From a bacterium (GTDB lineage: Bacteria; Patescibacteriota; UBA1384; CAILIB01): a stretch of DNA of 64,000 nt. This document shows, in pieces, positions 32,322 to 41,765 of this stretch (position 1 is the stretch's first letter; each line of letters opens with the position of its first letter). The DNA lies in contig JBAXRQ010000001.1 in assembly GCA_037131105.1 (NCBI GenBank), positions 701,465 to 765,464 of the forward strand. The letters run 5' to 3'. Under the pieces are notes generated by a model that had not been told where the DNA came from, did not search any database, and saw nothing but the letters and a program-made list of their open reading frames with translations. The position numbers and the translations under genes were made by a program.

Positions 32322-32768
32322 TTAGCGTGCCCGTCTTCTGAACTGCGGGACCAGAACCAGGTAGGGCTCATGATCCTCAAACGCATCCGGTGCGTCAACG
32401 AGACGAAGATGCCCTTTCGGGTTTCTCATTCTCGCCAACGTTTCGCTGGCTGCCATCCTCTGGCCGGCTACCAGCAGACTATCGGTGAGTTTCCACCTTT
32501 CTTCCTCCTGGTGGTCGACGCGCGCGTGTTTTTTAAAGTCAGCTTTTGTGGCGAGTTCCCTGATAAGGCCGGCCGCAGCTGCTGCAACGATAAGCACGAG
32601 GACCCCAACGTAGCAGTTCCTCTGGAGCATCCACGTATCATTGAGCTCCATCGCCGAAACATCGTCTCGGCTCCAGGGTAGCGCAAGTCCGTTGCAGAGC
32701 ACCCAAGTGGCTGCCAGGTACGCGACTACACCCACCATCTTTTCAAAAATTCCCATCATTAAACGCAT
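32322..32768 (-). CDS. Hypothetical 2-TM membrane protein (similar to 59576-60028)
   Basis: AAGGAG RBS, two hydrophobic segments, shared C-terminal motif. Confidence 0.65.
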   Translation of the reverse strand: MRLMMGIFEKMVGVVAYLAATWVLCNGLALPWSRDDVSAMELNDTWMLQRNCYVGVLVLIVAAAAAGLIRELATKADFKKHARVDHQEEERWKLTDSLLVAGQRMAASETLARMRNPKGHLRLVDAPDAFEDHEPYLVLVPQFRRRAR

Positions 32769-32949
32769 ATACTCTCCTTTTGTGAACAGGGTTCAAACAA
32801 TCAGACCCCGTCCTCGAAAGTGCCAGCATTTAACCATAAATTACTCCTTTTGTCAACCCCTGTACAGCTCATCAGCGCCAAATGTTTGCTCTCCCCACCT
32901 CTGGGGCGTATCATTATGCTACTAACCCCTAAAGGAGGGATCCAGGGAA

Positions 32950-34377
32950 ATGGGAAAGTCTTTCAACGATATCCGTCCCAGCGCTAAAAAGGCGCAGGAG
33001 CGTTATACCCCCCAGGTGGAGAAGACCAACGTCATTCTTCCTATCGACGCGCAGGCTATCGAGGGCAAGATCGGCGAACTCACCGAGATGTCCACCAAGC
33101 CGGTGCGCCGCTTCTTTAGTATCCTCGGGCCCGGCGTCATTACCGGTGCCTCTGATGATGATCCGTCAGGCATCGCTACTTACTCTGTCGCGGGCGCCCA
33201 GTTTGGCTACCAGACCCTCTGGCTAGCCCTGGTCACCTACCCTCTTTCCGCTGCCGTCCAGGAGGTCTGTGCCCGCATTGGCATCGTCACCGGCCACGGT
33301 CTGGCTGCCGTCACCAAGAAACACTACTCTCGCACCCTATTGGTAGGCATCGTTCTATTACTGGTCATTGCCAACACCATTAACATAGGCGCTGACATCC
33401 AGGCTATGGCCGCCTCTTACCAGCTCCTTCAGCCAGGGGCAAACTTTGCCATAGTAGCAGTCGCCATCACCTTTCTTATCTTGTTCTCCCTGATTATTCT
33501 TTCGTATAAGACCTACGCCAAGTACCTGAAAATCGCCACTCTCACCCTCTTTTCTTATGTGGCAGTGGCCTACTTCTCAAACGTAGACTGGGGATCCGCC
33601 CTTCGTCATTTCCTGGTCCCTACTATTTCCTTGCAGCCGGCTTACCTGCTCACCCTGGTAGGTATCCTGGGTACCACCATCTCTCCGTACATGTTCTTTT
33701 GGCAGGCCAATGAAGAAGTGGAGGAGGAGATCTCCAAGGGCATTATCAGGAATGACGGACCCACTGTGAACCACGATGGGCTCCGCAAGATCGGCCGCCC
33801 CCTGATCAAGGCCATGTATATCGATGTGAATATGGGCATGCTCTACTCAGAGATCATCATGTTCTTCATTATCACTACTGCTGCCGCCAATCTCTACGTC
33901 AGCGGAGCCGTCACTAATGTAAGCGATCTGAGTCTCGACCAGCTGGCCTCGGTACTGCGCCCATTAGTGGGAGACACCGCCTTCCTGCTCTTCACGATCG
34001 GTATCCTCGGGGTCGGACTGTTGGCAGTTCCGGTACTTGCTGGCAGCGCCTCCTACGCTATTGCCGAGCTGTTTGATTGGAGCGAGGGCCTGAATAAGAA
34101 GTTCCATGAGGCTAAAGGCTTCTATATCTTCATCGTACTGGCCACTCTGATCGGTCTGGCCCTGAACTTCATCGGCATTAAGCCGGTAGCCGCCCTTTAT
34201 TACACCGCCATCCTGAACGGAGTCGTGGCTGTGCCGCTAATGATAGTGATCTGGATGATCGGCAACAACAAAAAGATCCTTGGCGAGCACACCAGCGGCC
34301 CGCTCTCCAACGTACTGATGATCATCGGAATATTGGTGATGGCCTCCGCCTGCGGAGCCATGTTCCTCTTGGGCTAA
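32950..34377 (+). CDS. NRAMP-family divalent metal transporter
   Basis: LGPGVITGASDDDPSGIATYS and LGTTISPY motifs; about 11 TMs. Confidence 0.9.
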   Translation: MGKSFNDIRPSAKKAQERYTPQVEKTNVILPIDAQAIEGKIGELTEMSTKPVRRFFSILGPGVITGASDDDPSGIATYSVAGAQFGYQTLWLALVTYPLSAAVQEVCARIGIVTGHGLAAVTKKHYSRTLLVGIVLLLVIANTINIGADIQAMAASYQLLQPGANFAIVAVAITFLILFSLIILSYKTYAKYLKIATLTLFSYVAVAYFSNVDWGSALRHFLVPTISLQPAYLLTLVGILGTTISPYMFFWQANEEVEEEISKGIIRNDGPTVNHDGLRKIGRPLIKAMYIDVNMGMLYSEIIMFFIITTAAANLYVSGAVTNVSDLSLDQLASVLRPLVGDTAFLLFTIGILGVGLLAVPVLAGSASYAIAELFDWSEGLNKKFHEAKGFYIFIVLATLIGLALNFIGIKPVAALYYTAILNGVVAVPLMIVIWMIGNNKKILGEHTSGPLSNVLMIIGILVMASACGAMFLLG

Positions 34378-34394
34378 CTCCTCTCACACTATTC

Positions 34395-34877
34395 ATGCCA
34401 ACTGTAGAGATCCTGGAGCAAAAAGGCTACCACTTCCTATGGATAGATGATGAACTCTGGATGTGGGACGTACCTGGAGAGATTGATGATCAGAAGTCAA
34501 TCGCCAAAGAGGCTTGGGGCGACATACTAGTAGCTGGATACGGCCTAGGCCTGGTCCAGAAGTACCTTTTTGAGAATCCTCGTGTACGTTCAGTATTAAC
34601 TATTGAAAAGTACCAGGAGGTACTAGACTGTGCCAAGGAGACCTATGGGACGCTCTACGGAAACATACTGGTCGGTGATTTTAACACTTACACCTCACGT
34701 AAGCGCTATGACTGTGTGATCGGTGATACTTGGAAGGACCAGTCATTCCGGGAGATCGGCGACTACCTGGACTTTAAAAGACAAGGAACTACTTTACTAA
34801 AGAAGGGGGGCTCTCTTCTTGGGTGGGGCGCTGACTACTTTGAATTTATCGCACACTCAACTTCGATAGAGAGCTAG
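34395..34877 (+). CDS. Class I SAM-binding (spermidine-synthase-like) protein
   Basis: ILVAGYGLG, TIEK, GD and YDCVIGD Rossmann motifs. Confidence 0.6.
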   Translation: MPTVEILEQKGYHFLWIDDELWMWDVPGEIDDQKSIAKEAWGDILVAGYGLGLVQKYLFENPRVRSVLTIEKYQEVLDCAKETYGTLYGNILVGDFNTYTSRKRYDCVIGDTWKDQSFREIGDYLDFKRQGTTLLKKGGSLLGWGADYFEFIAHSTSIES

Positions 34878-34880
34878 TTA

Positions 34881-37373
34881 CTAGGTATCTCGTCTCAGAA
34901 AACGAGATTTCACAAACTCCACAATAGCCAGGTAGGTAATGATAAGCCCAAGCAGCGAGACAAAGAACAGCGGTGGCAGCGCCACCAGGTGCAAGTAGCC
35001 TCCCACCGGACTGAACGGCAAGGCGAAGGCCAGTACCAGCACCAGGAAGCAGAGCACCTGCAAGGACCTTCCCGGTCGGCTCTTAAAGAACGGCACCCGG
35101 GCCGTACGGATCACAAACACCACCAATACCTGGGTGGCGATAGACTCCAGGAACCAGCCGGTCTGGAACTGAGACTCAGTGGCATGCAGCCAGTACCAAA
35201 GTAAGCCAAAGCTGACATAGTCGAAGATTGAGCTAATCGGGCCGAAGAAGAGCATATACCTGTAGATATGCTTGATATCCCAGTGGTGCGGCTTCATCAG
35301 CTGCTCAGCATCCACCTCGTCGCTGGGAATGCCTATCTGGAAAATGTCATAGAACGAGTTGTTCAACAGGATCTGGGACGGCGTCATGGGCAGGAACGGC
35401 AAGAAGAACGAGGCACCGGCCACGCTGAACATATTGCCGAAGTTGGAGCTGGTCCCCATCAGTATGTACTTGATGGTATTGGCGAAGATGCGCCTCCCCT
35501 CCTTTACGCCTTCAGCTATCACATCCAGGCCCTTCTCAAGCAGAACCACGCTGGCCAGGTCCTTAGCCACGTCCACGGCTGTATTTACCGACATACCAAC
35601 GTCTGCAGCATGCAGCGCCCCGGCGTCATTTACCCCGTCTCCCAGATAACCGACCGTATGGCCGGATTTCTTCAGGGCCAGGATAATCGCCTCCTTCTGC
35701 TCAGGAGTCACCCTGGCAAAGACATTGGTCTCCTGGGCCGCCTTCTCCAGCTGATGGGGCGTCATACGGGCCAAGTTCGGACCAGTAAGAATAGGACCCA
35801 GATCAAGACCAATGTCATGGCAGATCTTGTCAGTCACCAGCTCGTTGTCACCGGTGAGGATCTTTACCGCCACCCCTAGCTTGGCCAGGGTCTCCAAAGC
35901 ATGCTTAGCAGATGGCTTCGGCACGTCCAGGAAGCAGAGGTAGCCCATCAGTTCGAGATGCACAGCGTCATTGTGCGAATACTCCTCCTTGGCCTCAATG
36001 CGGCGCTGGCCGATGACAATGAGCCGAATGCCGTCCTGGTTCAGCTTACGGAACTGCTCACGTAACAGGGAACGCCGGTCAGCGTTTATAGGTACCAGCT
36101 GTCCGGTAGCATCCTCGTAAGTCTGGCAGCGGTCCAGCACCGAGTCGGCAGCGCCCTTGAAGATGATCTGCCGCGCACTCCCGCGCTTCACCACCGTATA
36201 CTGACCCCGGTAGTCATAGTTGAACTCCTCCTCGGCTAGCTTCTCTATGGAAGGATGCTTTACACGGTGGGCGATGGCGTATTGCCAGATAGCTACGTCC
36301 ATAGGATTTCCCAGTACCCGGTGATGATGACTAGCTGTATTGCAGGCCAGGGCCAACTCTAGGATATGGGGGTCCTGAGCGCCGCGCATAGTATAGAAGC
36401 CGGTGAGATTGATGGTCCCCTCAGTGAGGGTGCCGGTCTTGTCGGTGCAGAGGACGTCCATGTTGCCCAGATCCTCAATGCTAACAAGACGCTTCACCAC
36501 CACCCTCAGTTTGGCCATCCTATGAGCGCCGCGTGCCATGCTGATAGTTACGATCACCGGAAGTAGTGCAGGAGTCAGTCCGATGGCCACAGCCAAGGCA
36601 AACAGCACCGACTGCAATGGGTCACGTCCCAGGGCAATGTTTAGTACGCAGATCAGTAAGGCCATAACCACAATGACCTTGGTCATCAGCGAACCAAGAC
36701 TGGCCAGCCCTTTTTGGAAGGTGGTACGCTCTTTCACCCGGGTTGCACCTTCAAACAGCCGCCCGAATTCAGTGTCCCCGGCTATTGCCTGCACCAGTCC
36801 CCGGCCGCAGCCGCTCATTACTACCGTTCCCATGTTGGCCCGGTTCAGCTTGGCATCAGGGCTGTCAAAACGTTTAACTGTCGGCAATGACTCACCGGTA
36901 AGGCTAGACTCGTCTATCGTCAAACCCAGGCTTTCCAGGAGCTTCACGTCAGCCGGCACCACAGTGCCCTGGTGTAACAGTACTAAGTCACCGACCGCCA
37001 CCTCTGACACCGGTATCTCCTGCTTAATGCCGTTTCGGATGACCAGGGCCGAGAGCGAGACCTTCTTAAGCAGATCAGTCACCGTCTTTTCAGAAGAGTA
37101 TTCATTTACCAGGCCAAGTACCACGCTTAGGGTCATGATCCCGAAGATGATGGCGGCATTGGTGTGGTCCCCAAAGGAGAATGAGACCACCGTAGTCACC
37201 ATTAGTATCACTAGCAGAGGACTGTTGAACTGGCGGAAAAAGATATTCCAAAAGGAGGTACGGTGCAACGCCAGCTCGTTTCTTCCGAAACGCCTCTGCG
37301 CCTGCTGTACCTCTGCGGTTGTCAGTCCGTAGTCATTGTCAGTATTCAAAGAAGGGTGCCCCGCTGCATGCAT
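34881..37373 (-). CDS. mgtA: Magnesium-translocating P-type ATPase
   Basis: TGES, LTPALLP, DKTGTLT, KGA, TGD, GDGVND and SSNFGNMFS motifs; start taken at MHAAG. Confidence 0.92.
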   Translation of the reverse strand: MHAAGHPSLNTDNDYGLTTAEVQQAQRRFGRNELALHRTSFWNIFFRQFNSPLLVILMVTTVVSFSFGDHTNAAIIFGIMTLSVVLGLVNEYSSEKTVTDLLKKVSLSALVIRNGIKQEIPVSEVAVGDLVLLHQGTVVPADVKLLESLGLTIDESSLTGESLPTVKRFDSPDAKLNRANMGTVVMSGCGRGLVQAIAGDTEFGRLFEGATRVKERTTFQKGLASLGSLMTKVIVVMALLICVLNIALGRDPLQSVLFALAVAIGLTPALLPVIVTISMARGAHRMAKLRVVVKRLVSIEDLGNMDVLCTDKTGTLTEGTINLTGFYTMRGAQDPHILELALACNTASHHHRVLGNPMDVAIWQYAIAHRVKHPSIEKLAEEEFNYDYRGQYTVVKRGSARQIIFKGAADSVLDRCQTYEDATGQLVPINADRRSLLREQFRKLNQDGIRLIVIGQRRIEAKEEYSHNDAVHLELMGYLCFLDVPKPSAKHALETLAKLGVAVKILTGDNELVTDKICHDIGLDLGPILTGPNLARMTPHQLEKAAQETNVFARVTPEQKEAIILALKKSGHTVGYLGDGVNDAGALHAADVGMSVNTAVDVAKDLASVVLLEKGLDVIAEGVKEGRRIFANTIKYILMGTSSNFGNMFSVAGASFFLPFLPMTPSQILLNNSFYDIFQIGIPSDEVDAEQLMKPHHWDIKHIYRYMLFFGPISSIFDYVSFGLLWYWLHATESQFQTGWFLESIATQVLVVFVIRTARVPFFKSRPGRSLQVLCFLVLVLAFALPFSPVGGYLHLVALPPLFFVSLLGLIITYLAIVEFVKSRFLRRDT

Positions 37374-37399
37374 AGATTCAGTATACCCGCCTTTTAGCA

Positions 37400-38314
37400 T
37401 CAAGAGCTAGCCACCTCAACAGGTCGGAGGGTAATCTCCTGGACGTCTGGTGGTATAAGGAATCTCAGAGGCAGCCAGGAGCCCTGAATTCCTCGACTAA
37501 CAATCAATGTAGTCCCCTGCACTTCTTTCCGACCTGACCAAGCGATAAAGCTGGACTGAGGCATAAAGTGGGAGATATACCGACCAAATAGGCGATGAAA
37601 CAGGGTCTGGCCTCCATGGGTATGTCCTGAAAGCACCAAGTCGGCAGGCTGTTTTCCCGGCAGATAGGCGGCGTCGGGATTATGGGCGAGTATCACCCGA
37701 GGAAGACCTGGCGACACCTGGTCAAACTGTGAGTAAAGACTAAGGCTGGCCGCCCGGCGGGAATATTCTTCCCAGGCAGGATATTCTGCTTGGCTTTCGC
37801 GGTAGCCCTGATCAGTCTCCAGATCATTCAGTCCTATCAAAAGCACTGTCTGGCCAGCACAGGAGACTTCGACCGCCTCACCACATAGCAACTGACACCT
37901 CACTTCAGCCAAGGCTGCTTTCAAGGGAGAAAGCTCAGAAAAGGCAAAGTAGTCATGATTGCCTAGCACCGCAAAGAATGGCAGCTGCCATCCTGCCAGA
38001 ATATTCAGCGACTTAGTAAGGTCAGGAAGAAAACGTGCCTCCCTGTCGATGAGATCACCTCCCAAAAGTATCAGATCAAAAGGGTGACGCCGGTGCAGGC
38101 GCTCCAGACGCCTACACTTGGCTTTCAGGAGCGACGTACTATTGTAACGTCCCACATGCAGGTCAGAGATAAAGAGTATCCGCAGCTCGTTCTGCAGCCT
38201 GTCAGACGCAACCCCTACTTCCTGCCGCTTTACCTGTAGAAAGCGAGGCTCAATGTACCAGGCATATATACCAAGCATGACCATGGCGGCCAGCACGATC
38301 AGGACAGCTGTCAT
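37400..38314 (-). CDS. Calcineurin-like metallophosphoesterase (YkuE-like)
   Basis: SDLH, GD.ID, GNHD, HNPD and SGHTHGGQ motifs; N-terminal TM. Confidence 0.9.
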   Translation of the reverse strand: MTAVLIVLAAMVMLGIYAWYIEPRFLQVKRQEVGVASDRLQNELRILFISDLHVGRYNSTSLLKAKCRRLERLHRRHPFDLILLGGDLIDREARFLPDLTKSLNILAGWQLPFFAVLGNHDYFAFSELSPLKAALAEVRCQLLCGEAVEVSCAGQTVLLIGLNDLETDQGYRESQAEYPAWEEYSRRAASLSLYSQFDQVSPGLPRVILAHNPDAAYLPGKQPADLVLSGHTHGGQTLFHRLFGRYISHFMPQSSFIAWSGRKEVQGTTLIVSRGIQGSWLPLRFLIPPDVQEITLRPVEVASS

Positions 38315-38324
38315 CAGAATCAGA

Positions 38325-39029
38325 CTAGAGGTTAGTCCCTCCAGTGTAACTCAGTTTAGTGTCATCAGTCACCCGCTCCCCCAGCACCACCAAGCGATTT
38401 AGATTAGTCAGCAGCGGCCAGCAGGTCACTACCGCTACGCGCTGGGTGCTTGAACCTCCAGCCAGATTAGCCTCGGAAAAGGCCAGAACATTGCGCGGAT
38501 TCACTACCTGGGAGCTCACTACCTTGTAGGTACGGATCTCACCATGGCCAGTGATGACGAACTGGTCTCCCACTTTCGCTTGACCCAGACTGGCAAATAC
38601 CGATGAGTAGGGATGCGGATAGGTGTCGCTGGAATGGCCGGTGACATAGGCCAACTTGGCGCCATCAAGGGTTGATGTGGAGTAATTTAGGCTTACCCCT
38701 TTGGTCAAAGCCGTGCGAATACTATCCCAATCTTGAAAGTTGAGCGGTGAACTAGACGGACTTTCAGTAAACGGCGCATCAATGGCTAGGCGCGGAAATA
38801 CGAAGCGGTTCTGATCAGCCTGATAGTCAGGTGTAGCCGGCTGCTTGCCGATAGCCACCATGATGGCATGGAACTGGGGCTGACTTAGAGACGCAAGGGT
38901 GGCCCAGTTCCAGGCTGCAAAGATGATTACAAAAAGGTAGAACGCCAGCAGAAGCTTCTTGGCGACTGACCGCGCCTTGGAAGAGCGCGGTCGTTCTTTA
39001 TGCGATTGTTCGACGCTTGGCAATGACAT
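38325..39029 (-). CDS. Sortase
   Basis: N-terminal TM; TGHS, F..L...KVGD, VTCWP and R of the His-Cys-Arg triad. Confidence 0.9.
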   Translation of the reverse strand: MSLPSVEQSHKERPRSSKARSVAKKLLLAFYLFVIIFAAWNWATLASLSQPQFHAIMVAIGKQPATPDYQADQNRFVFPRLAIDAPFTESPSSSPLNFQDWDSIRTALTKGVSLNYSTSTLDGAKLAYVTGHSSDTYPHPYSSVFASLGQAKVGDQFVITGHGEIRTYKVVSSQVVNPRNVLAFSEANLAGGSSTQRVAVVTCWPLLTNLNRLVVLGERVTDDTKLSYTGGTNL

Positions 39030-40899
39030 TGAGTATCTCCGTTCCCAGCCAGAGTACAGCACCGAGGCCGAGCAGGGAAAGGATAATCACTGAAAGTGGT
39101 GAGCTTGAGTCTCCATCAGTACTGGCTCCGGCGACTTCACCCTTGGTAGGAACGGTTGCCAGAGTAAGCTGCTTACCAGTACTTGAGGTCAGGGTGACGC
39201 TCGGTGTGGCAGCGGCTGCAGCAACAGCTGGATTAACCTGGATAGGAGTAATCGCGAGATTGACCTTCTTGCCACTTGCCGTAGTGATCTTTAGCTCGGG
39301 AACCTGGCCCTGACTGATACTGGGCATCAGCTGCTCAGCGGTAGAAACGACTCCACCCTGATTCTGAGGCACTGCAGGATCGTTCTGCGAGCTACTACTA
39401 CCTGCAGGAGCACTGAAGATATTGATGATGCCAAGGCGGAATTTGCCCTGGATACCGCTCCAGGAGTTGAGGATGTTGATAAGGTTAGCCAGCACGTTCA
39501 CAGAGCCGGTCTTCAGGCCTCCTACCGTAGTGTTGCCTACCAGACTGTTGCCACCCGTGTTGGCATGTACGTTCAGGTGGTTATTGACGGTGGCCTGCTG
39601 GTTTACGGTCAGGTCCTCTTCATTAGTGTTGTTCACACTGTTCTGGTTGTTCGAGTTGCTGCCGGTCTGGGAGTTATCCAGGTGATTGATGACATAGCTG
39701 CCTTCAGGAATGCCTTGGATCTGGCCGTTCCAGTCGCCCATTACATTGACTATATAGAAGGTAGGATCGTCATCATTGGCAATGGTCACCTCGCTGCCGC
39801 CAACCTTGGTCTGGCCGGTAGTGACGTCACCCGACTCGGTGTTACCCGCGACGGTGTTAGAGCCGGTGGTGGCATTGACGTTCACGTCATTATTAGCCTG
39901 TGCGTTCTTGGTGATCTGAATGTTCTTGGTATTGCTGCTGGTCACTGAATTGGCGTTGTTGGAGTTGCTGCCGGTCTGGGAGTTGTCAGAAGGCACGCTA
40001 ATGATAGAGTCAATGTTTGAGGTCAGCAGGGACCAGACATCCACGCTTAGTTCAAGGTTCGGCATCATCAGATTCATGAGGTTGATGACGTTCACCGCGA
40101 GGTTGATATCGCCTGTCTTTAGATTCCCTGCCTTAGTGTTTTGCGCCAGGGTGTTGTCGCCGGTGTTGGCATTTACATCGACATTGTTGTTAGCGGTAGC
40201 CTGGTTATTGCTCACTACCTTCAGAAGGTTGTTAGTGACGAAGGCGTTCCCATTGTCAGAATTGCTACCGGTCTGGGAGTTGCTCTGGCCAGAAAGACTG
40301 GTGCGGGTAGCCGAAGGAGCCAGGTTAATATGGCCGCTGCCGCCAGCATTGAGGCTTTGCATGCCAACACTGCTACCGGGTGCCAGAATTGAGTTGCCCA
40401 CGTTAATCAGGTTGAATGATCCGTTTACGGCGCCGGTGGTGACATCGCCCAGCTCAGTGTTCTGGTTCAAGTCGTTGTTGCCAGTAGTGGCATCGGCCGC
40501 CACATTATTATTGAAAGTAGCCGAATTATTCTCGGTACCAGTCGACGTATTATTGGCCGTGGTGGAGTTCTGGTTGTTCGAGTTGCTGCCAGTCTGGGTA
40601 TTTGAAGCACCACCGCTAGTACCCGTGGCACTGGCTGCGGGAGAGGAGGTAGGATCAGGAGAAGGTGCGGCCTGGGGGGAAGGATCTGGCTGGGGGCCAA
40701 CAAGCCCTATCGGACCGACAACACCTTGGGGACCGACAGGAAGCTGAGGACCGACAGGCTCAACGGGCCCCACCACCGGGGACGGGCTTGGTGAGGGATC
40801 AGGGTCAGCAGCTAAAACTGGACCTGCCAAAGTAAAGGAAAGCAGTACAAAGACGGCCGATCTAATCTGGAGTTTTCGCAGCCAGGACAGATTACTCAT
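38998..40899 (-). CDS. Surface protein with four 70-aa Asn/Thr repeats and a C-terminal TM anchor
   Basis: Signal peptide (VLA), VGPxxx/Pro-rich linker, 4 repeats, GEVAGAST, TM, KRR tail. Confidence 0.85.
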   Translation of the reverse strand: MSNLSWLRKLQIRSAVFVLLSFTLAGPVLAADPDPSPSPSPVVGPVEPVGPQLPVGPQGVVGPIGLVGPQPDPSPQAAPSPDPTSSPAASATGTSGGASNTQTGSNSNNQNSTTANNTSTGTENNSATFNNNVAADATTGNNDLNQNTELGDVTTGAVNGSFNLINVGNSILAPGSSVGMQSLNAGGSGHINLAPSATRTSLSGQSNSQTGSNSDNGNAFVTNNLLKVVSNNQATANNNVDVNANTGDNTLAQNTKAGNLKTGDINLAVNVINLMNLMMPNLELSVDVWSLLTSNIDSIISVPSDNSQTGSNSNNANSVTSSNTKNIQITKNAQANNDVNVNATTGSNTVAGNTESGDVTTGQTKVGGSEVTIANDDDPTFYIVNVMGDWNGQIQGIPEGSYVINHLDNSQTGSNSNNQNSVNNTNEEDLTVNQQATVNNHLNVHANTGGNSLVGNTTVGGLKTGSVNVLANLINILNSWSGIQGKFRLGIINIFSAPAGSSSSQNDPAVPQNQGGVVSTAEQLMPSISQGQVPELKITTASGKKVNLAITPIQVNPAVAAAAATPSVTLTSSTGKQLTLATVPTKGEVAGASTDGDSSSPLSVIILSLLGLGAVLWLGTEILNVIAKRRTIA

Positions 40900-41681
40900 A
40901 GCCGCCCTCCGAAGGGTAGAAGCGCCCAGTTGAGCTTACGGGCGGCGGCAGCCAATGGGCCACTGGCAAATACTACGGCGACTACTGCTACCAGAAGTGG
41001 AAGTGCCTCGCTACCGAGAACATTGGCACCTGAGGGGAAATAGCCGGGTGCACTGGCCAATACGACGCTTCCCGCAGGAATACCCTCGCCTCCCCTTCCG
41101 AAGGGAATGACACCGATAGGCACCGGGCTTTCAGGAGTAGGTAAGGGTGTAGGTACCGGCGTAGCGGGAGGTGTGCCCGGGCCATTTACCACAGTAGTCG
41201 CACCAGCGATAATAGTAACCGAGCCCGTATGCAGAGAGCCGACGGTGGTATTGTTGTTCAGATTGTTTCCACCCGTGGTCACGGAAGCCAGGTAGGCGTT
41301 GGTGACGTGGGAGCTATTATTGACGGTCAGAGCGGTATTATGCGCAAAGCTTGCCGTACTGGTGTTGGTACTGCCGCTGCCAGTATTGCTGTTGCTGGAA
41401 AGATAGTTCAGTGTGCCTCCGTTTGAGGCGGCCGCGTAGGTACCAGTGTTAGCCTGAGTGTCGGCATGCATATGTATCAAGGTGTCGCCGGTAGTGACAT
41501 CTCCGGCCGTAGTATTGCCTGCTACGTTGTTGTGGCCAGTGTCTACCGTAAAGTTGAAACTGTTAGTGACGTTCGAGCTGTTAGTGACTGAGGTCGAGCT
41601 GTTAGAAGCCACGGAAGTAGTACTCTGGTTTGTCGAACCGGATCCGGTGTTAGAGTTGTTGGAAGTGATCTGACTGTCCAT
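40896..41681 (-). CDS. Repeat protein with two 70-aa repeats and a putative sortase sorting signal
   Basis: GGAG RBS, 2 repeats, PT-rich stalk, FPSGA, hydrophobic helix, RK. Confidence 0.8.
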   Translation of the reverse strand: MDSQITSNNSNTGSGSTNQSTTSVASNSSTSVTNSSNVTNSFNFTVDTGHNNVAGNTTAGDVTTGDTLIHMHADTQANTGTYAAASNGGTLNYLSSNSNTGSGSTNTSTASFAHNTALTVNNSSHVTNAYLASVTTGGNNLNNNTTVGSLHTGSVTIIAGATTVVNGPGTPPATPVPTPLPTPESPVPIGVIPFGRGGEGIPAGSVVLASAPGYFPSGANVLGSEALPLLVAVVAVVFASGPLAAAARKLNWALLPFGGRL

Positions 41682-41710
41682 AGTAGCTCCGTGGTTAAGG
41701 GTACGTTACC

Positions 41711-41744
41711 GGTGGGGCCCGGGGAATATCCCCGGGCCGACACC
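41711..41744. repeat. GC-rich intergenic hairpin without U-tract
   Basis: GGCCCGGGGA-ATA-TCCCCGGGCC perfect 10-bp stem, extended by GGTG/CACC. Confidence 0.8.
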
Positions 41745-41765
41745 CGCATCCTACCTATTCGCTAA

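Noticed and set aside
31995-32681. 228-aa plus-strand ORF upstream of the 23S
   Set aside because: Antisense to the rRNA promoter/leader and to the RBS-supported 32322-32768 gene; no motifs.
40690-40780. GPQGVVGPIGLVGPQ as a collagen domain
   Set aside because: Only five Gly-X-Y triplets inside a VGPxxx hexamer repeat; too short to call a triple helix, so treated as a linker.
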